Below, piece by piece: positions 1 through 13,554 of a stretch of 64,000 bases of DNA (its first letter is position 1; every line of letters starts with the position of its first letter). The stretch lies in contig NC_086097.1 in assembly GCF_963921235.1 (NCBI RefSeq), forward strand, positions 122,266,001 to 122,330,000, read 5' to 3'. The notes below the pieces were generated by a model that saw nothing but the letters and a program-made list of their open reading frames with translations, was not told the DNA's origin and searched no databases. This stretch comes from Mobula hypostoma (taxonomy: Eukaryota). The position numbers and the translations under genes were made by a program.

Positions 1-39
1 AGTTCCTAACAATTTGGCAAATAAGTGTGCTTGGCTATA

Positions 40-335
40 CATGTCCCTCAGGTTTTAACAGCTTGAGATGAGAAAAAATAATAGATGAGTAAATAAATAA
101 TACTGAGAACATGAGTTGTAGAGTCCTTAAAAGTGACCAATAGGTTATATTCAGTGTTATGGTGCATGAAGTTCTCCACGCTGGTTCAGGAGCCTGATGG
201 CTATAAGGTAATAACTGTTCCTGAACCTGGTGATGTAGGACCTAAGGCTCCTATACCTCCTGCCTGAAGGCAGCAGAGAGAAGAGAACATGGGCTGGATG
301 GTGGGGTTCTTGATATGGATGCTGCTTTTTTGTCA
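40..335 (-). mobile_element. Rex1/Babar-type LINE 3' fragment
   Basis: Minus-strand peptide HHPAHVLFSLLPSGRRYRSLRSYITRFRNSYY..AIRLLN is the typical Rex1 RT C-terminus, repeated many times in the window. Confidence 0.7.
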
Positions 336-1048
336 ACAGTAACATGATAAGAAGAGTTCATGATTATAACAAAGTACATTTATTATCAAAGTATGAATAC
401 TGTATACAACCTTGAGATTTGTCTCCTTACAGGCAGCCACAAAACAATGAAACCCAATAGAATCCATTAAAAAAGAAAACCATCAAATACCCAATGCGCC
501 AAAAAACAAGTCACACAACCAATAAAAGTAACCAATAAACTCAGAACTGAAGTTCATGAAAGTGATTCTACAACCATAAAGTCAATCACAGCCAGTCCAG
601 GAGCCCAGTCGTTAAAGGCCGCAGCCTCAGTTCAACGCAGAGACAAGTAAACCTCACAGAGCAGTGAGCTGAACACCGGCCTGTTCCTCTCCTCTGGCTC
701 CAACACCCTAACTTTTAAAATCAGGCCTGGCACTTAAATCCGCCAAACATTGGGTCATTGCACAATCTTGGACCAGGGCCCTGCTGCTTTGATAGCACTC
801 ACAGCCAAGACCCACCGCCTCAATTTGGCCCATTCCTGATCTTTCCAATTTAGCTCAGGACTTAAGTCAGTCAAACAGTGGCTTGTTCCTCGCTCTGTTA
901 TATGCATCTAGTTATCATGTGCAACACAGGAATAGATTTGAAGTCCAAATCCAATTACCAAGCAAACCCACATTATTTTCTTCGCATTCCCACCAACTCC
1001 CTTCCACCATCCTCCCCCCACCCCATCATTCCATCTCTCCTCTATATA

Positions 1049-1122
1049 CAGTACAGTGCAAATACCTTAGGCACATATGCATTGCATAGCTAGGATGCCT
1101 AAGACCCTTGCAGAGAGCACTG
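1049..1122. mobile_element. Tc1-like mini-MITE (~74 bp)
   Basis: TA|CAGTACAGTGCAAATACCTTAGGCA...TGCCTAAGACCCTTGCA..CACTG|TA; imperfect TIRs of the same family as 32710-33120. Confidence 0.6.
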
Positions 1123-2335
1123 TAGTGCTGCTGCAGAAAAAAAAACAAATTTCATGACATAAATGAGTGCTGATAAACCTGATTCTGACATGGCTCTCTA
1201 TCGTGGACTGAGATTGGGAAGGAGGCAGGGAGAGGGGAATCATGATTGGTAAAATGGAAAGGGTGCCGAAGTACCAGAGAGATATTCTGTAATGATCATT
1301 AAAACAATTGTTTGGAATCAAATGACTTTGGCTGGTGTCTCAAGGCTGGGTGTGCCGGGATCTGCACCAATCCCCGCCGTGGCACTCCTTTCTGCCATCT
1401 CTTCCACACTCCTCATGCAGAGTTCCACCCTCACCATTCCCAACATCCTTTGCTCCCACCAACTCTCTGCTCCATGTTGACTCTAGCTGTATATATGTAC
1501 CTAAGACTTTTGCTTAGTCCCATATGTACTCACAATGCCCAATTAACCTATCAGCCCACATTTTTGCAACAAGGAAGGCAGAGCACTGAGAGCAACCATT
1601 CACAGTAACGCGCCAATCACGCAGAGACAGCACCAGGCCACTGGAGCTGCAAGTCAGTGGCTCAGCTGGCTATAACACTGTGGCACCCAGTCTGGCTAAT
1701 TACCTGCATTATCACAGCAAGCAATCGACATACAGCAATATCAGACATATCTACTAGTGACAATTTCTACGCGCTACTCTCCCGGTGTAGGGGAAAAGAA
1801 ATCCTGCCGACTATGCCAAATGTAGGAGCAAAATGAAAGATCACATGGATTCTGTGTTTGAAATAACAGGTGATTTACTAAGAGCTGGTAGACACCAGGA
1901 AAGCAGCCAAAGCTGATCCACCTGAGCATGAACACGCTAGAGCTTTTACATTCTCAGTTGACAAGATTACCCGTAAAACTACATTTTTTTAACACAATGG
2001 TGACTACAGGAAGACTTAATTACCTTACACACTAGGTCCTGATTACATAATAGAATGATTATCCACAGGTCTAGCAGTAATTCCCATTTTCTATTAGAAC
2101 AATGGATGCATAGTATAATATAATTAGTGAAGTTCCTGAAACTTGGGCGTCATCTCTGCTGCATTCCATGTCTCTACTGGCACAATTCACATCAGTATTT
2201 ACTAATTATTAGCCCTCACTATTCTTTTCCTAAAAGGCTGCGTAATTCAGGGGAGTTAAATTACAGTAACTCTGTAACATAACACTGTTATATTACAGTA
2301 CCATAGCATCTGTAATATCCTTATCTGTAATATCC

Positions 2336-4730
2336 ATAGACCATAAGGAGCAGAATTAGGTCATTTGGCCCATCGAGTCTGCTCTGCCATTCAAACATGG
2401 CTGATCCTTTTTTGCCCCTCTCCAGCCTTCCTCCCCCCCATAACCTTCAAGAACCGATCAATCTCTGCCTTAAATATACCCAACAACCTGACCTGTGGTA
2501 ATAAATTCCACAAATTCACCACTCTCTGGCTAAAGAAACTTCTCTACATCTCTGTTTTAAATGGATGCCCCTCAATCCTGAGGCTGTGCCTTCTTGTCCT
2601 AGACTTCCCCACCATGGGAAACATCCTTTTCCACTCTGTCTATGCCTTTCAACATTCGAAAGGTTTCAATGAGATCCCCTATCAATCTTCTAAACTCCAG
2701 TGAGTACAGACACAGTGCCAACAAATGTTCCTTTTCATTCCTGGATCATCCTTGTGAACCTCCTCTGAACCCTCTTCAATGCCAGCCAATCTTCTCTTAG
2801 ATGAGGATCCCAAAACTGATCACAATACTCAAGGTGAGATCTCACCAGTGTCTTATAAAACCTCAGCATCACGTCACTGTTGTTGTACTCTAGACCTCAT
2901 AAAATGAATGCTAACTTTGCACTTGCCTTCCTCACCACCAAGTTAGCCTTAGGGTGTTCTGCACAAGGACTCCGGAGATCCTTTGCACCTCAGATTTTTG
3001 GATTTTCTCCCCATTTAGAAAATAGTCTGTTAATTTATTTCTACCACCAAAGTGCATGACCATGCATTTTCCAACATTGTATTTTATTTGCCACTCTCTT
3101 GCCCATTCTCTTAATCGGTCTAAGTCCTTCTGCAGCCTACTTTGTTTCCTCAATACTACCTGCCCCACCAGCAATCTACATATCACCTGCAAACTTGGCA
3201 AAAAAGCCATCGATTCCATCATCTAGATCACTGATATACAACGTAAAAAAAAAGCGGCCCTAACACTGATCCTGCAGAACACCACCAGTCACTGTCAGCC
3301 ATCCAGAAAAGGATTCTTTTATTCTCACTCAGTGCCTCCTACCAGTCAGTCAAACCAACAACTTCCCAACAACTGATGTCAGGTTAACTGGTGTATAATT
3401 TCCTTTCTTAAAGACTGGAGTGACATTTTCAATTTTCCAGTCGTCTGGCACAATGCCAGAGTCCAATAATTTTTGAAAGATCATTACTAATGCCACCACA
3501 ATCTCTACCGCTACCTCTTTCAGAAGCCTAGAATGCAGCTAATCTTGTCCGGGTGTCTTATGTACCCTTAGGTCTTTCAGCTTTTTGAGCACATTCTCCC
3601 TTGTAATAGTAACTGTGCTAACTTCTCTTTCCTCATACCCTTCAACGTCTGGCATACTGCTAGTGTCTTCCACAGTGAAGGCTGATGTAAAGTACACTTT
3701 TTGTTCAATTACCATCTCCTTGGCCTTCATTATTATTTCTCGACCCTCGTTTTCTAGTGGTCTTACATCCACTCTCATCTCTTTTTTATTCTTTACATAC
3801 TTGAAAAGGCTTTTACTATTTACGTTAATATTGTTTGCTTGCTTGCGTTCATATTTCATCTTTTCCCTCCTAATGAATTTTTAGTTGCTTTCTGTAGGTT
3901 TTTAAAAGCTTCCCAATCCTCCATCTTCCAACTAATTTTTGCTTTGTTGCCTGCCCTCTCTTTTGCTTTTACATTAGCTTTGACTTCCTTTGTCAGCAAC
4001 GGTTGTACTATTTTGCCATTTGAGTATTTCTGTGTTTTTGGAATACATTTATCCTGCACCTTCCTCATTTTCCTAGAAATTCATGGCTTTGCTGCTCTGC
4101 TGTCATCCCTGCCAACATCTCCCTCCCATTTACTTTGGCCAGCTCCTCTCTCATAAGACTGTAATATCCTTTACTCCACTGAAATACTGCTATATCAGAC
4201 TTTACTTTCTCCCTATCAAATTTCAAGTTAATCTCAATCGTATTGTGATTACTGGCTCCTAAGGGTTCTTTTACCTTAAGCTCTCTAATCACATCCAGTT
4301 CATTACATAACACCCAATCCAGTACAGCTGATCCGCTAGTAGGCCCAATGACAAACTGCTCTAAAAAGCCATCTCATAGGCATTCAACAAATTCACTCTA
4401 CGGGGATCCATTTCCAACTTGATTTTCCCAGTTGACCTGTATGTTGACTATCATGACATTGCGCTTTTGACACGCCTTTTCTATTTCCCGTTGTAATCTG
4501 TGGTCCACATCCCAGCTACTTTTGGGGGACCCATATATAACTGCCATCAGGGTCCTTTCACCCTTGCAGTTTCTGAACTCAACCCATAAGGATTCAACAT
4601 CTTCCAATCCTATGTCACACCTTTCTACCGATTCGATGCCATTCTTTACCAGCAGAGCCCACCACCCCTTCAGCCGACCTTCCTATCCCTCTGATACAAC
4701 GTGTAACCTAGGCCATTCAGCTCCCAATTA
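2336..4730 (-). mobile_element. CR1-type LINE, 5'-truncated, decayed ORF2 (endonuclease, RT, 3' UTR)
   Basis: Minus ORF pieces VESLWVEFRNCKGERTLMAVIY, EPLGASNHNTIE, KSLFKYVKNKK, LQKDLDRLREWAREWQIKYNVGKC; CR1-type 3' tail at ~2336-2350. Confidence 0.9.
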
Positions 4731-4881
4731 CTAGATGCTGTAGTAATACACTCTGAGGAGAACCATGTCATCTGTAATATCCCTCACAGGCATTCTTTAA
4801 GTACCTAGATGTGATTATCTCCTCACAAACTTGGAATGTTACATCCTGCAGCTTTCTCACGGTATCATGAATCCTAATGTA

Positions 4882-6396
4882 TACTCAGGTGTCCCTTTAT
4901 TAAGTACACCAGCTTACAATGCAAATATCTAATTAGTCAATTGTGTGGAAGCAACTCAATGCATAAAAGCATGCAGACAGAGTCAAGAGGTTCAGTTGTT
5001 CTCACCAAACATCAGAATGGGGAAGAGATACGATCTATGTGATTTTGACAGTGGAATGATTGTCGGTGCCAGAGAGAGTGGTTTGAGCATCTGAGAAACT
5101 ACTGATCACCTACACAATGGTCTCTAGAGTTTACAGAGAATTGTGTGTAAAATTTTTAAAAAAAACATCTGGAGGCGCCAGTTCTGTGAGTGAAAATGCC
5201 TTGTTAGTGAAAGAGGTCAGAGGAGAAATGCCAGACTCATTCGAGCTGACAGGAAGGTAACAGTAACTCAAATAACATTTGTTACAAAGGTAGTGTACAG
5301 TGTTACGTACCCCGTAACTGGGTTGCCAAACCAGCAGAAATGGATCACTCAGTTGGAGTCTGGATTACTAGAACTAAGAAAGTTTTATTAAAGAAACAAG
5401 CAACACAGTAATCAAAAGGATAATAAATGCAACAGTTCAGCAATTGTAAACACACATGTGCACAGAATTAAGATAACAGGATCAATCAAGCTCTATCGTT
5501 GTCTAGGGGTAAATGACCAATTTCAAAGTGACAAAAAGTCCAGTTCAGTTTAGTTCAGTTCGCAGTAATCGTTGCCATGGCGATGGACAATGTGGGGGGA
5601 AGGAGAGAGAACAAGAACGAATGATCATTCGAAACGGCTTCCACACACAGACCTGCAATATTGCTCACAAGCAGCTTTCGGGCGGTCACCTGAGGTCACC
5701 GACTGTGACCCCTCCTCCAGATGCGGTCGATCCTCTGCAGTGAACCCGGCACCCAAGCAAGGGCGGACACACACCGGGTTCCCGCTGATCGTACCTTTCC
5801 ACCCTGTGCGTCTAAGGCTGATCCTGCGATCAACCGTCCAAGAGCTTCCCACCGACTTGTGAGAGGCGCACCGCTTCCAGGGTCTCGTTACCTCGGGGTG
5901 TCGTGTGTCCTGCCTTAGCGAACCTGTCCCTTTTTAACCCCCTGCTGGGGTATCACCTGTCCATCACTTCAAACAGTTCAGAGTTCAAAGGGGGAGCCGC
6001 TCTAGACAACTCTCTCTCCTGTCCCTTCATTACACATCTCCAGATCGCCTGTCCATCACTTCAAACAGTTCAGGGTTCAAAGGGGGAGCCACTCTTGACA
6101 ATACCCAGACTGATGGCTCCTTCATTAACATCTCCAAATGCTGCTTCATTGTGTTCCTTATCTCTCCCTCCCCTGAGGACAGGTGGCAGACTAGCTGCTG
6201 ATGCCACTGGTGCTAGCCCAGGCCAGCAAACATCTTAATTTATGTGTATTCTCGTCACAACAGAAGAGCATTTCTGAATGCACAACACGTTAAACCATGA
6301 AGTGGATGGGCTACAGCATAAGAAGATCATGAACAAACACTCAGTGGCCACTTTATTAGGTAAAAGGGGTACCTAATAAAGTGGCCACCGTGAGTA
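4882..6396 (+). mobile_element. Non-autonomous Tc1-like DNA transposon interrupted by a solo LTR
   Basis: TIR similar to CACTCAGTGGCCACTTTATTAGGTAC at both ends; transposase N-terminal remnant MGKRYDLCDFDSGMIVGARESGLSI; host sequence rejoins across the LTR. Confidence 0.8.
5301..6259 (-). mobile_element. Solo LTR (probably Gypsy-type)
   Basis: TGTTACG...CGTCACA termini; exact 4-bp TSD ACAG (5297-5300, 6260-6263); minus-strand AATAAA at 5384-5389 and TATA-like TTAAAAA at ~5931-5937. Confidence 0.85.
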
Positions 6397-7689
6397 TGTG
6401 CTCAATTCCTGGAATACTGCTTAACTGTGCTAGTTTAAAAGACTACTTACTAGGAGAACTACATCAACTAGATTATATGACCTTGTATTATGATAGAGTC
6501 AGATAAAAAGAATAAGTGATATAAGTGAAAGGTAAAGACTGATGCTTTAGAATGTATCAGATTAACACTGCAGGCAAAAGATACAAGCGTTGTTGGAATT
6601 TTAAATATCCCTTTAGATTACTGGAACCAGGCAATCAATTTCAAATTGGATTTTTCAGAATACTATGGAAAAGGTGAAAGCCTGCTAAAGACTGTAATTA
6701 GCAATATGATAACCCTTCCTGATTCAAAAATCGATGCTCATAAAAATGCTTCTTCATTTTTCACACATACCACACGTCTCTGAAGTGAATGTCAATAACT
6801 TCCATGGTTTTTTCCTTTCAGGAGACTTTCTGAAACTGCACTCTGAATATATTCCATGGTTCAAAATCAAGCAAGCAAAAAACAAACTGGTACATCTGCA
6901 ATCATCCTGGACAATGTAATAAATAGTAATTTTTTTGTAGTTATTAATTGATGCACACTTCTAGTCATTTACTTGCTTGTAAGTCTTGTATTCGTGTTGG
7001 ATCTATATGCTTTGCATGATTAGTCGGTCCAAGAAATAACTTAACTTGCAGGTTAAGATTTTGGCAAATACACATCATATAGCTAGAGACATTTTCTCAT
7101 GTTGGAAATGGTTAGCAAGAAACTCTTAGATAGGCCCATGGGTAATAGAAAAATGGCGGACTATGTGGGAGGGAAGGGTTAGATTGATTTTAGCATAGGT
7201 TAAGATGTTGGTACAACATTGTGAGTGAAGGGTCTGTGCTGTTCTATATGTGTTTGTATATAAATGTGCGTGCAATTTATACCTTGTATTTAGGAAAGTA
7301 GTATGAGATTTACACACACACACATGTACTGTATAAAAAAGTCTGTTGCTCAGTAATAATCTCTTCCATGAATTGGCAAATTGTTGTTAGTCCACACAGT
7401 GTGCTTGTAGAAACTTCTTCCTCATGGTCATTGCAGTTGATGGGTGGGAAACCCTTGCTTGGGGTTGTAGGTATGACAGTTGAAGAAGGTATTGCTGAGT
7501 GAGAGCCATTAGGAAGGTTACAATTCTATCCCATAGTTACTATAGAAGTTACTTCTTTCCACCCTACAAATCTCCCACATTTTTATAAGTTTTGCCATTA
7601 TAGTGGTGGCAAGTTCAAGACTTCTGCATGAATGAACCAACAGGGAGAGGACCATTGATGATTTCTCTGTGTGGTATTGGAGGAATGAT

Positions 7690-10600
7690 GGTGGATTGCT
7701 CTTGCGGGATGTGGGGAGGCAGGGAGACCTCCAGTATCCCTGACCACTACACCTGCAGGAATCTCAATGGGTTGCAGCGTCTTTCAGACCGTGAAGGCAG
7801 GTGGATGGGATTGAGTGGGATCCAGGATCAGGCATGATAGAATGGTGGAGCAGACGTGATGGGCTGAATGGCCTAATTCTGCTCCTTTGTCTTATGATCT
7901 TATGGTGTTAAGGAATTGGTGTTAAACCTCGATGAACCCAAGATCATTTGTGAGTCTGAGGAGTTGATTGACAGGATACGCAGATGGGTAGTTACATCTG
8001 AGGTGCAGGACACAGGTAACTATCAGGAGGGGGAAAGGGGATAGCCAACCAGTGCAAAGTACCCCTGTGGTCATTCCCCTCAATAAAAAGTATACTGCTT
8101 TGGATACTGTTGGGAGAGGGGAGAGGGGAGTGAAGGGAGAAAACCAACAGAGGAAAGCCACAGAAGTCAGGTCTCTGGCACTGAATTTCACCTAGCGGGG
8201 AGAAGAGGCAAATTCCAGAGATAGGGGATTCATTGGTTAAGAGAACAGACAGGAGGTTCTGTGAACAAGAATGAGATTCCTGAATGGTATGCTTCCTCTC
8301 ATGTGTCAAGGTCAGGGACATCTCAGCTCAGGTCCACATCACTCTGAAGTGGGAAGATGAAAAGCCAGAGGTCAAGGCCCAAGTCTTACAAAGTGAGTTC
8401 AGGGAGTCAGGTTAAAGGACAAGACCTTGGGGTTCTGATCTCATAATTGATATCCATGCTACATGCTAGTGAGGCCAGAAATAGAAAGACCATACAGTTT
8501 AATACATGGCTAAGGAATTGGTTCTCCAAGGACGGTTTCAGATTTTTGGATCATTGGGCTGTCTTCCAGGGAAGGTGGGTCCTATACAGAAGGGATGGTT
8601 TGCACCTGAACTGGAGGGGGATGAGTATCTTTGCGGGAAGGTTTGATAGTGCTACACAGGTTGGGGAGTCTGTTTAAACTGAAATTGCAGTGGGATGGGA
8701 ACCAGAGTGCCAAAGCAGATAGTGGAAAGATTGTGGTGAAAGACATCATTGAGCCTAGACTGAGTATGGTGAGACAAATATTCTGAGCTGTGTATATTTC
8801 AATGCAAGGAGTACTGTAGGAAAGGCGGATGAGCTTAAGATCTGGATCAGCATGTGGAATATTTACATTGCAGCTATTTGTGATACTTGGTTGCAGGAGG
8901 GGCAGGACTGGCAGCTCAGTGTTCCGGGGTTCTGTTGTTTTAGGGATGGTAGAGTGAGAGAGATTAAAATGGAAGGGATGGTGATACTACTCAAGGAACA
9001 TGTCACTGCAGTGCTCAGTCAGGACAGACTGGAGAACTAGTTTAGTGAGGCTTTATGGGTGGAACTGATGAATAAGAAAAGTATGACCACATTAATGGGG
9101 TTATACTTTAGACCATCCAACAGTCCACAGGACTTAGAGTAACAACTTTGAAGAGAGATCGCAGATTGTTGCAAGGTACTTAGGCTGTGATAGTAGGTGA
9201 TGTTAACTTTCCGCATATTGACTGGGATTCTGGTACCTTTAAAGGGCTGGATGGGAAAGAGCTTGTCAAATTTATTTATAGGAAATGCAAGAGAACACTT
9301 AAGAAGAAAGATCAGGAGGACTAAATGAAAACCTAAGTTTGCCTTAGCAGACAAGGTAAAGGAGAATCCAAAGGGCTTCTCCAGATATATTAAGAGAAAA
9401 AGATATCAAGGGACAAAGATGGCTATCTGAAAGAGCAGAATGGTCATCTATGCATGGAGCTGAGAAAGATGGTGGAGAAGTTAAATGTATTTTTTGCATC
9501 TTTACTTATTCAGGAGATGGACGTAGTGTCTATAGAAGTGAGGCAAAACAGCTGTGAGGTCATGGAGAATGTAGAGATTATAGAGTAAGAGGTGCTTGCT
9601 GTCTTGAGTAAATTTAAGGTGGATAAATCCCCAGGACCTGACAAGGTGTTCCCTTGTAATCTGCAGAAATTGCAGCAACAGAGATATTTAAAATGCCCTT
9701 AGCAATAGATGAGGTTCCAGGGGATTGGTGGATAGCTAATGTTCTTCTGTTCGTTAAGAAAGGCTCTAAGAATAAACTAGAAAATTATTGGTCGATGAGC
9801 CTGACATCAGAAGTGGCTAAGTTATTCGAAGGTATTCCAAGGGATCGAATACTGTATATATACTGTATTTCGATAGACAGGGACTGATTAGGGATGGTCA
9901 ACGAGGCGTTGTGTGTGTGGGTCATGTCTAACTAATCTTATAGAGTTTTTTGAGGAAGTTACCAGGGAGGTTGATGAAGACAAGGCAGTAGATGTTGTCT
10001 ACCTGGACTTTAGCAAGACATTTGACGAAGTCCTGCATGGGAGGTTGGACAAGAAAGTTTGGTCACTTGACATTCAAGATGAAATAGTAAACTGGAGTAG
10101 ACATTGCTTTTGTGGGAGAAGCCGGAGAGTAATAGTAGATGGTTACCTCTCTGACTGGAGGCCTATGACTCTGTGGAGTGCTGCAGGGATCAGGGCTGGG
10201 TTCATTGTTTATCAAAAATGTAAATAATCAAGTGGTAAACTGGATCAGCAAATTTGCAAATGACACCAAGAGTGGGGGTTTAGTGGACAGTGAAGAAAAC
10301 TATCAAAGCTTGCAGTGGGTCTGGACCATCTGGAAAAAATGGGCTGAAAGATGGCAGACGGAATTTAATGCAAGCAAGTATGAGGTGTTGTAGTTTGGAA
10401 GGACAAACCTGAAAAGTACTTACATGGTGAGCACTAGGGCACAGAGGAATGTGGTAGGACAGAGGAATCTGGGAATACAGATCCATAATTCCTTGAAAGT
10501 AGGGTCTTAAAGAAATCTTTTGTTATTGATCTATATAAATCAATGTTTTGAATACAGGAGTTGGGATGTTATGTTTAAACTGTGTAAGACATTGGTGAGG

Positions 10601-11138
10601 CCTAATTTGGAGTAATGTGTGCAGTTTTGGTCACCAACCTACAGGAAAGATGTTAAAAAGACTGAAAGAGTTTAGAGAAAATTTACAAGGATGAGGACCT
10701 GAGTTATAGGGAAAGGCTGAATAGATTAGAACTTAATTCCTGAAAGCATAGAAGAATGAGGGAAGATTAGATGGAGGCATACAAAATTATGAGGGGAGTA
10801 GATAGGATAAATATAAACAGGTTGTTTCCACTATGTTTGGATGAGGTGAGAACTAGCGATCATGGGTTCAGTATGAAAGGTGAAATGTTTAAGGGAACGT
10901 GAATGAGAACTTCTTCACTCAGAGGGTTGTGTGGGTGTGGAATGAGTGCAAACAGAAGTGCTGGATGTGTATTCAGTTTCAATATTTAAGAAATAGTCAT
11001 AGAGGAGCATGGATGGGAAGGGAATCGAGGGCTATGGTCCGGGTCCAGGTCGATGGAACTAGGCAGATTAACAGTTCAGAATGGACTAAAAGGGCCGAAG
11101 GGCCTGTTTCTGTGTTGTAGTGTTCTATGACTCTATGA
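7690..11138 (+). mobile_element. Near full-length decayed CR1 LINE (ORF1 zinc finger + SGNH esterase; ORF2 EN-RT)
   Basis: CSCGMW..PDHYTC; IGDSLV; FRFLDHW..RRDGLHLN; ICDTWL; CLTNLIEFFEEVT..DVVYLDFSKTFD; ISKFANDTK; tail GTTCTATGACTCTATGA; a short CR1 3' fragment is inserted at ~7793-7905. Confidence 0.92.
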
Positions 11139-12419
11139 ATTGCAATTTGCTGGGATTCCCCAGTAACCATCCTGTGCAAACCTGCTTTTGGGTCCTACTG
11201 CTAGCACTGGAAGCATGTTAACACCTGCTGACCGTTCCCAGCACATCTCCGACAGAAATGACACATTTTACTGTGTTTGTCAATGTTTCGGTGTACATGT
11301 GACAAATAAGGCTAATCCTTCATCTTTAATCTATGCCTGATTGGAGTGGGTGTGTGATCTACAAGGCCATCCATAAACCCAGAGTTATTTTATTTTATAG
11401 ATGTGTGAAAGAATGATATCAGAAGGTAAATTACAATTTTTAAAATATATTTTTGCTGAAATGTTATTATATAGTTTTCATTATTTCTTCAATTTAAAAA
11501 ATATTTTCCAGATTTTTCCCACTTCTTTGTCATGTATAATATCTTTTAAAAGTTTTTTTTAAATTGTCTGGGACTACGTAACATCCACGCCAGGAGCACC
11601 AGACTCAAAAACAGTTACTTTCCCCAAACAGTAAGGCCGATCAACACCTCCACTCACTAACCCACCCCTCCACACCCCCAGCCACCACTACGTTATCATT
11701 TCCCATCAGAGTCACATATGTATTCTTGTACCTAACATCACTTAATCTACATATAATTATTCTACTGTATGTATACAAGTCATGTATTTATATTTGATGT
11801 GTTTTTTATTATGTTCTTTATCTTATTGTGTTTTTCTGTGTTGCATCAGATCCATAGTAACAAGTATTTCATTCTCCTTTACACCTGGACATGACATTAA
11901 ACAATCTTGAATCTTGAAAGCATTCAAAGAAACTTTGGTAGTCGTGCAGACAGCAATGCTGGGAGTGTGACATAGCCAGCAGTCGGAATTTCTCCTGAGG
12001 AAATTGGTGGGTATGGTAGGTCTGGCCCCTGGATCTGATTGGTTAACTCCCCTCCACAACACACCCCACTTCATTACTCAAAGTCTCACCAGTGGCTCCA
12101 GGTTGTCTTGGCAGCAAGAATAATCTAACATCTGAAAATAACGCATGACGTCAACACTCAGTGGCAAGGGCAGGGTTAGGGAGGGACTAGGGAGGTGCTA
12201 TTTAACAAAATCCAGACCACTGTGTTTGCAGAATGTTTATCACCATTCACTATATGCTTTTTCTCCAGCAGCAAGCTCTTAACACTGCTGTCCTTCCCTA
12301 TCACCTCATGTCATTAACCAAAGCCAGTCCTTTACCAATCCAGTCCCATGTCCGGGAAACATCCTTGCCCTCTCTATTCACTCTTCGTTTTCCATCATAT
12401 CATATTATCCAAATAATAT

Positions 12420-12972
12420 ACACAAGAGATTCTGCAGTTGCTGGACATCCAGAGCAACACACACAAAATGCTGGAGGAACTCAGCAGGTCTGGCAGCACC
12501 GATGGATATTAATAAACAGTCAACGTTTTGGACTGAGACCCTTCATCAGGACCGGAAAGAAAGGGAGAAGAAGCTAGAACAAGAAGTTGGGAAGGAGGGA
12601 AAAGAGTACATGCTGGAAGGTGATAGGTGGAAGCCAGATGTGGGGGAGGGGAATGGGTGGGGAAGGAAGGGTAAAGTGAGAAGCTGAGAGGTGATAGGTA
12701 GAAAAGGTAAAGGGCTGAAAAAGAAATCTGATAGGAAAAGAGAATAGACCATGGGAGATCAGGAAGAGGAGGGGCACTAGGTGGAGGTGATGGGCAAGTG
12801 AGGAGAAAAGTAGGGGTAAGAGCGAAGCCAGAATGAGGAATGGAAAAATAGAGAAGGGGGAGTGGGGAGAAATGATTGGAAATCATGCTGGAGGAACTCA
12901 GTAATTCAGGCATTGTCTATGGAGGATGTAAACAGCTGACAATTTGGGCTGAGATCCTTCATCAGGACTGGA
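12420..12972 (-). mobile_element. Penelope-like pLTR-derived repeat, partial tandem, with decayed hammerhead motifs
   Basis: Similar to the termini of the GIY-YIG element at 23913-24884; minus strand CCTGATGAAGGGTCTCAGTCCAAAACGTTGACTG at ~12516-12550. Confidence 0.75.
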
Positions 12973-13554
12973 AACAGTCGGGCGGTGAAAAGATCTCTGA
13001 AAAGGAGTCAGTATAGTTTACAGAGGGGAGTTTACGCAAAGACAGGACTCACCCAATTTAATACTCCAGTGACAGAAGGGCATTTACCTTTAAAGGGCAC
13101 CTCCTATATAGCCAGGATGCAGCAACAAACAACTGTGACTACCACTGAGAAGAAAGAAGTTGCAAGAGAGGGCAAGTATCCATTTTTATTGAAAATAACA
13201 AGGAAATCCAGATTACGGTATGAGAGAGAGGCTTGGCTGTTGGTCCTGTATACGGACTGAGCAGGGAGAGTCACCTTCCTGCTCCCCTACATTTACACTC
13301 CCTCAGTTAAAATATCTACGCGTCATTAATCACATCAAACAGCACTCCATACGACTCTGAACCAGCGCTCACTCCAACAATCACACACTATTTTCTTCAC
13401 CAACCACACATTCCAAGATGTATGGGTTAGTAGGTTGATTGGTCACACAGGGGCAGTTGGGTGGCGTGGACACTTTGGGTCAAAGGCCCGTTATTGTGCT
13501 GTATCTCCAAATAAAAATAAATAAATAAATAACTTCTACGCGTGACATGCAGAA

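Noticed and set aside
6822..6919. Possible terminal exon after TTTTTTCCTTTCAG (DFLKLHSEYIPWFKIKQAKNKLVHLQSSWTM*)
   Set aside because: Peptide not recognised and no supporting upstream exon; acceptor-like tracts are common in AT-rich DNA
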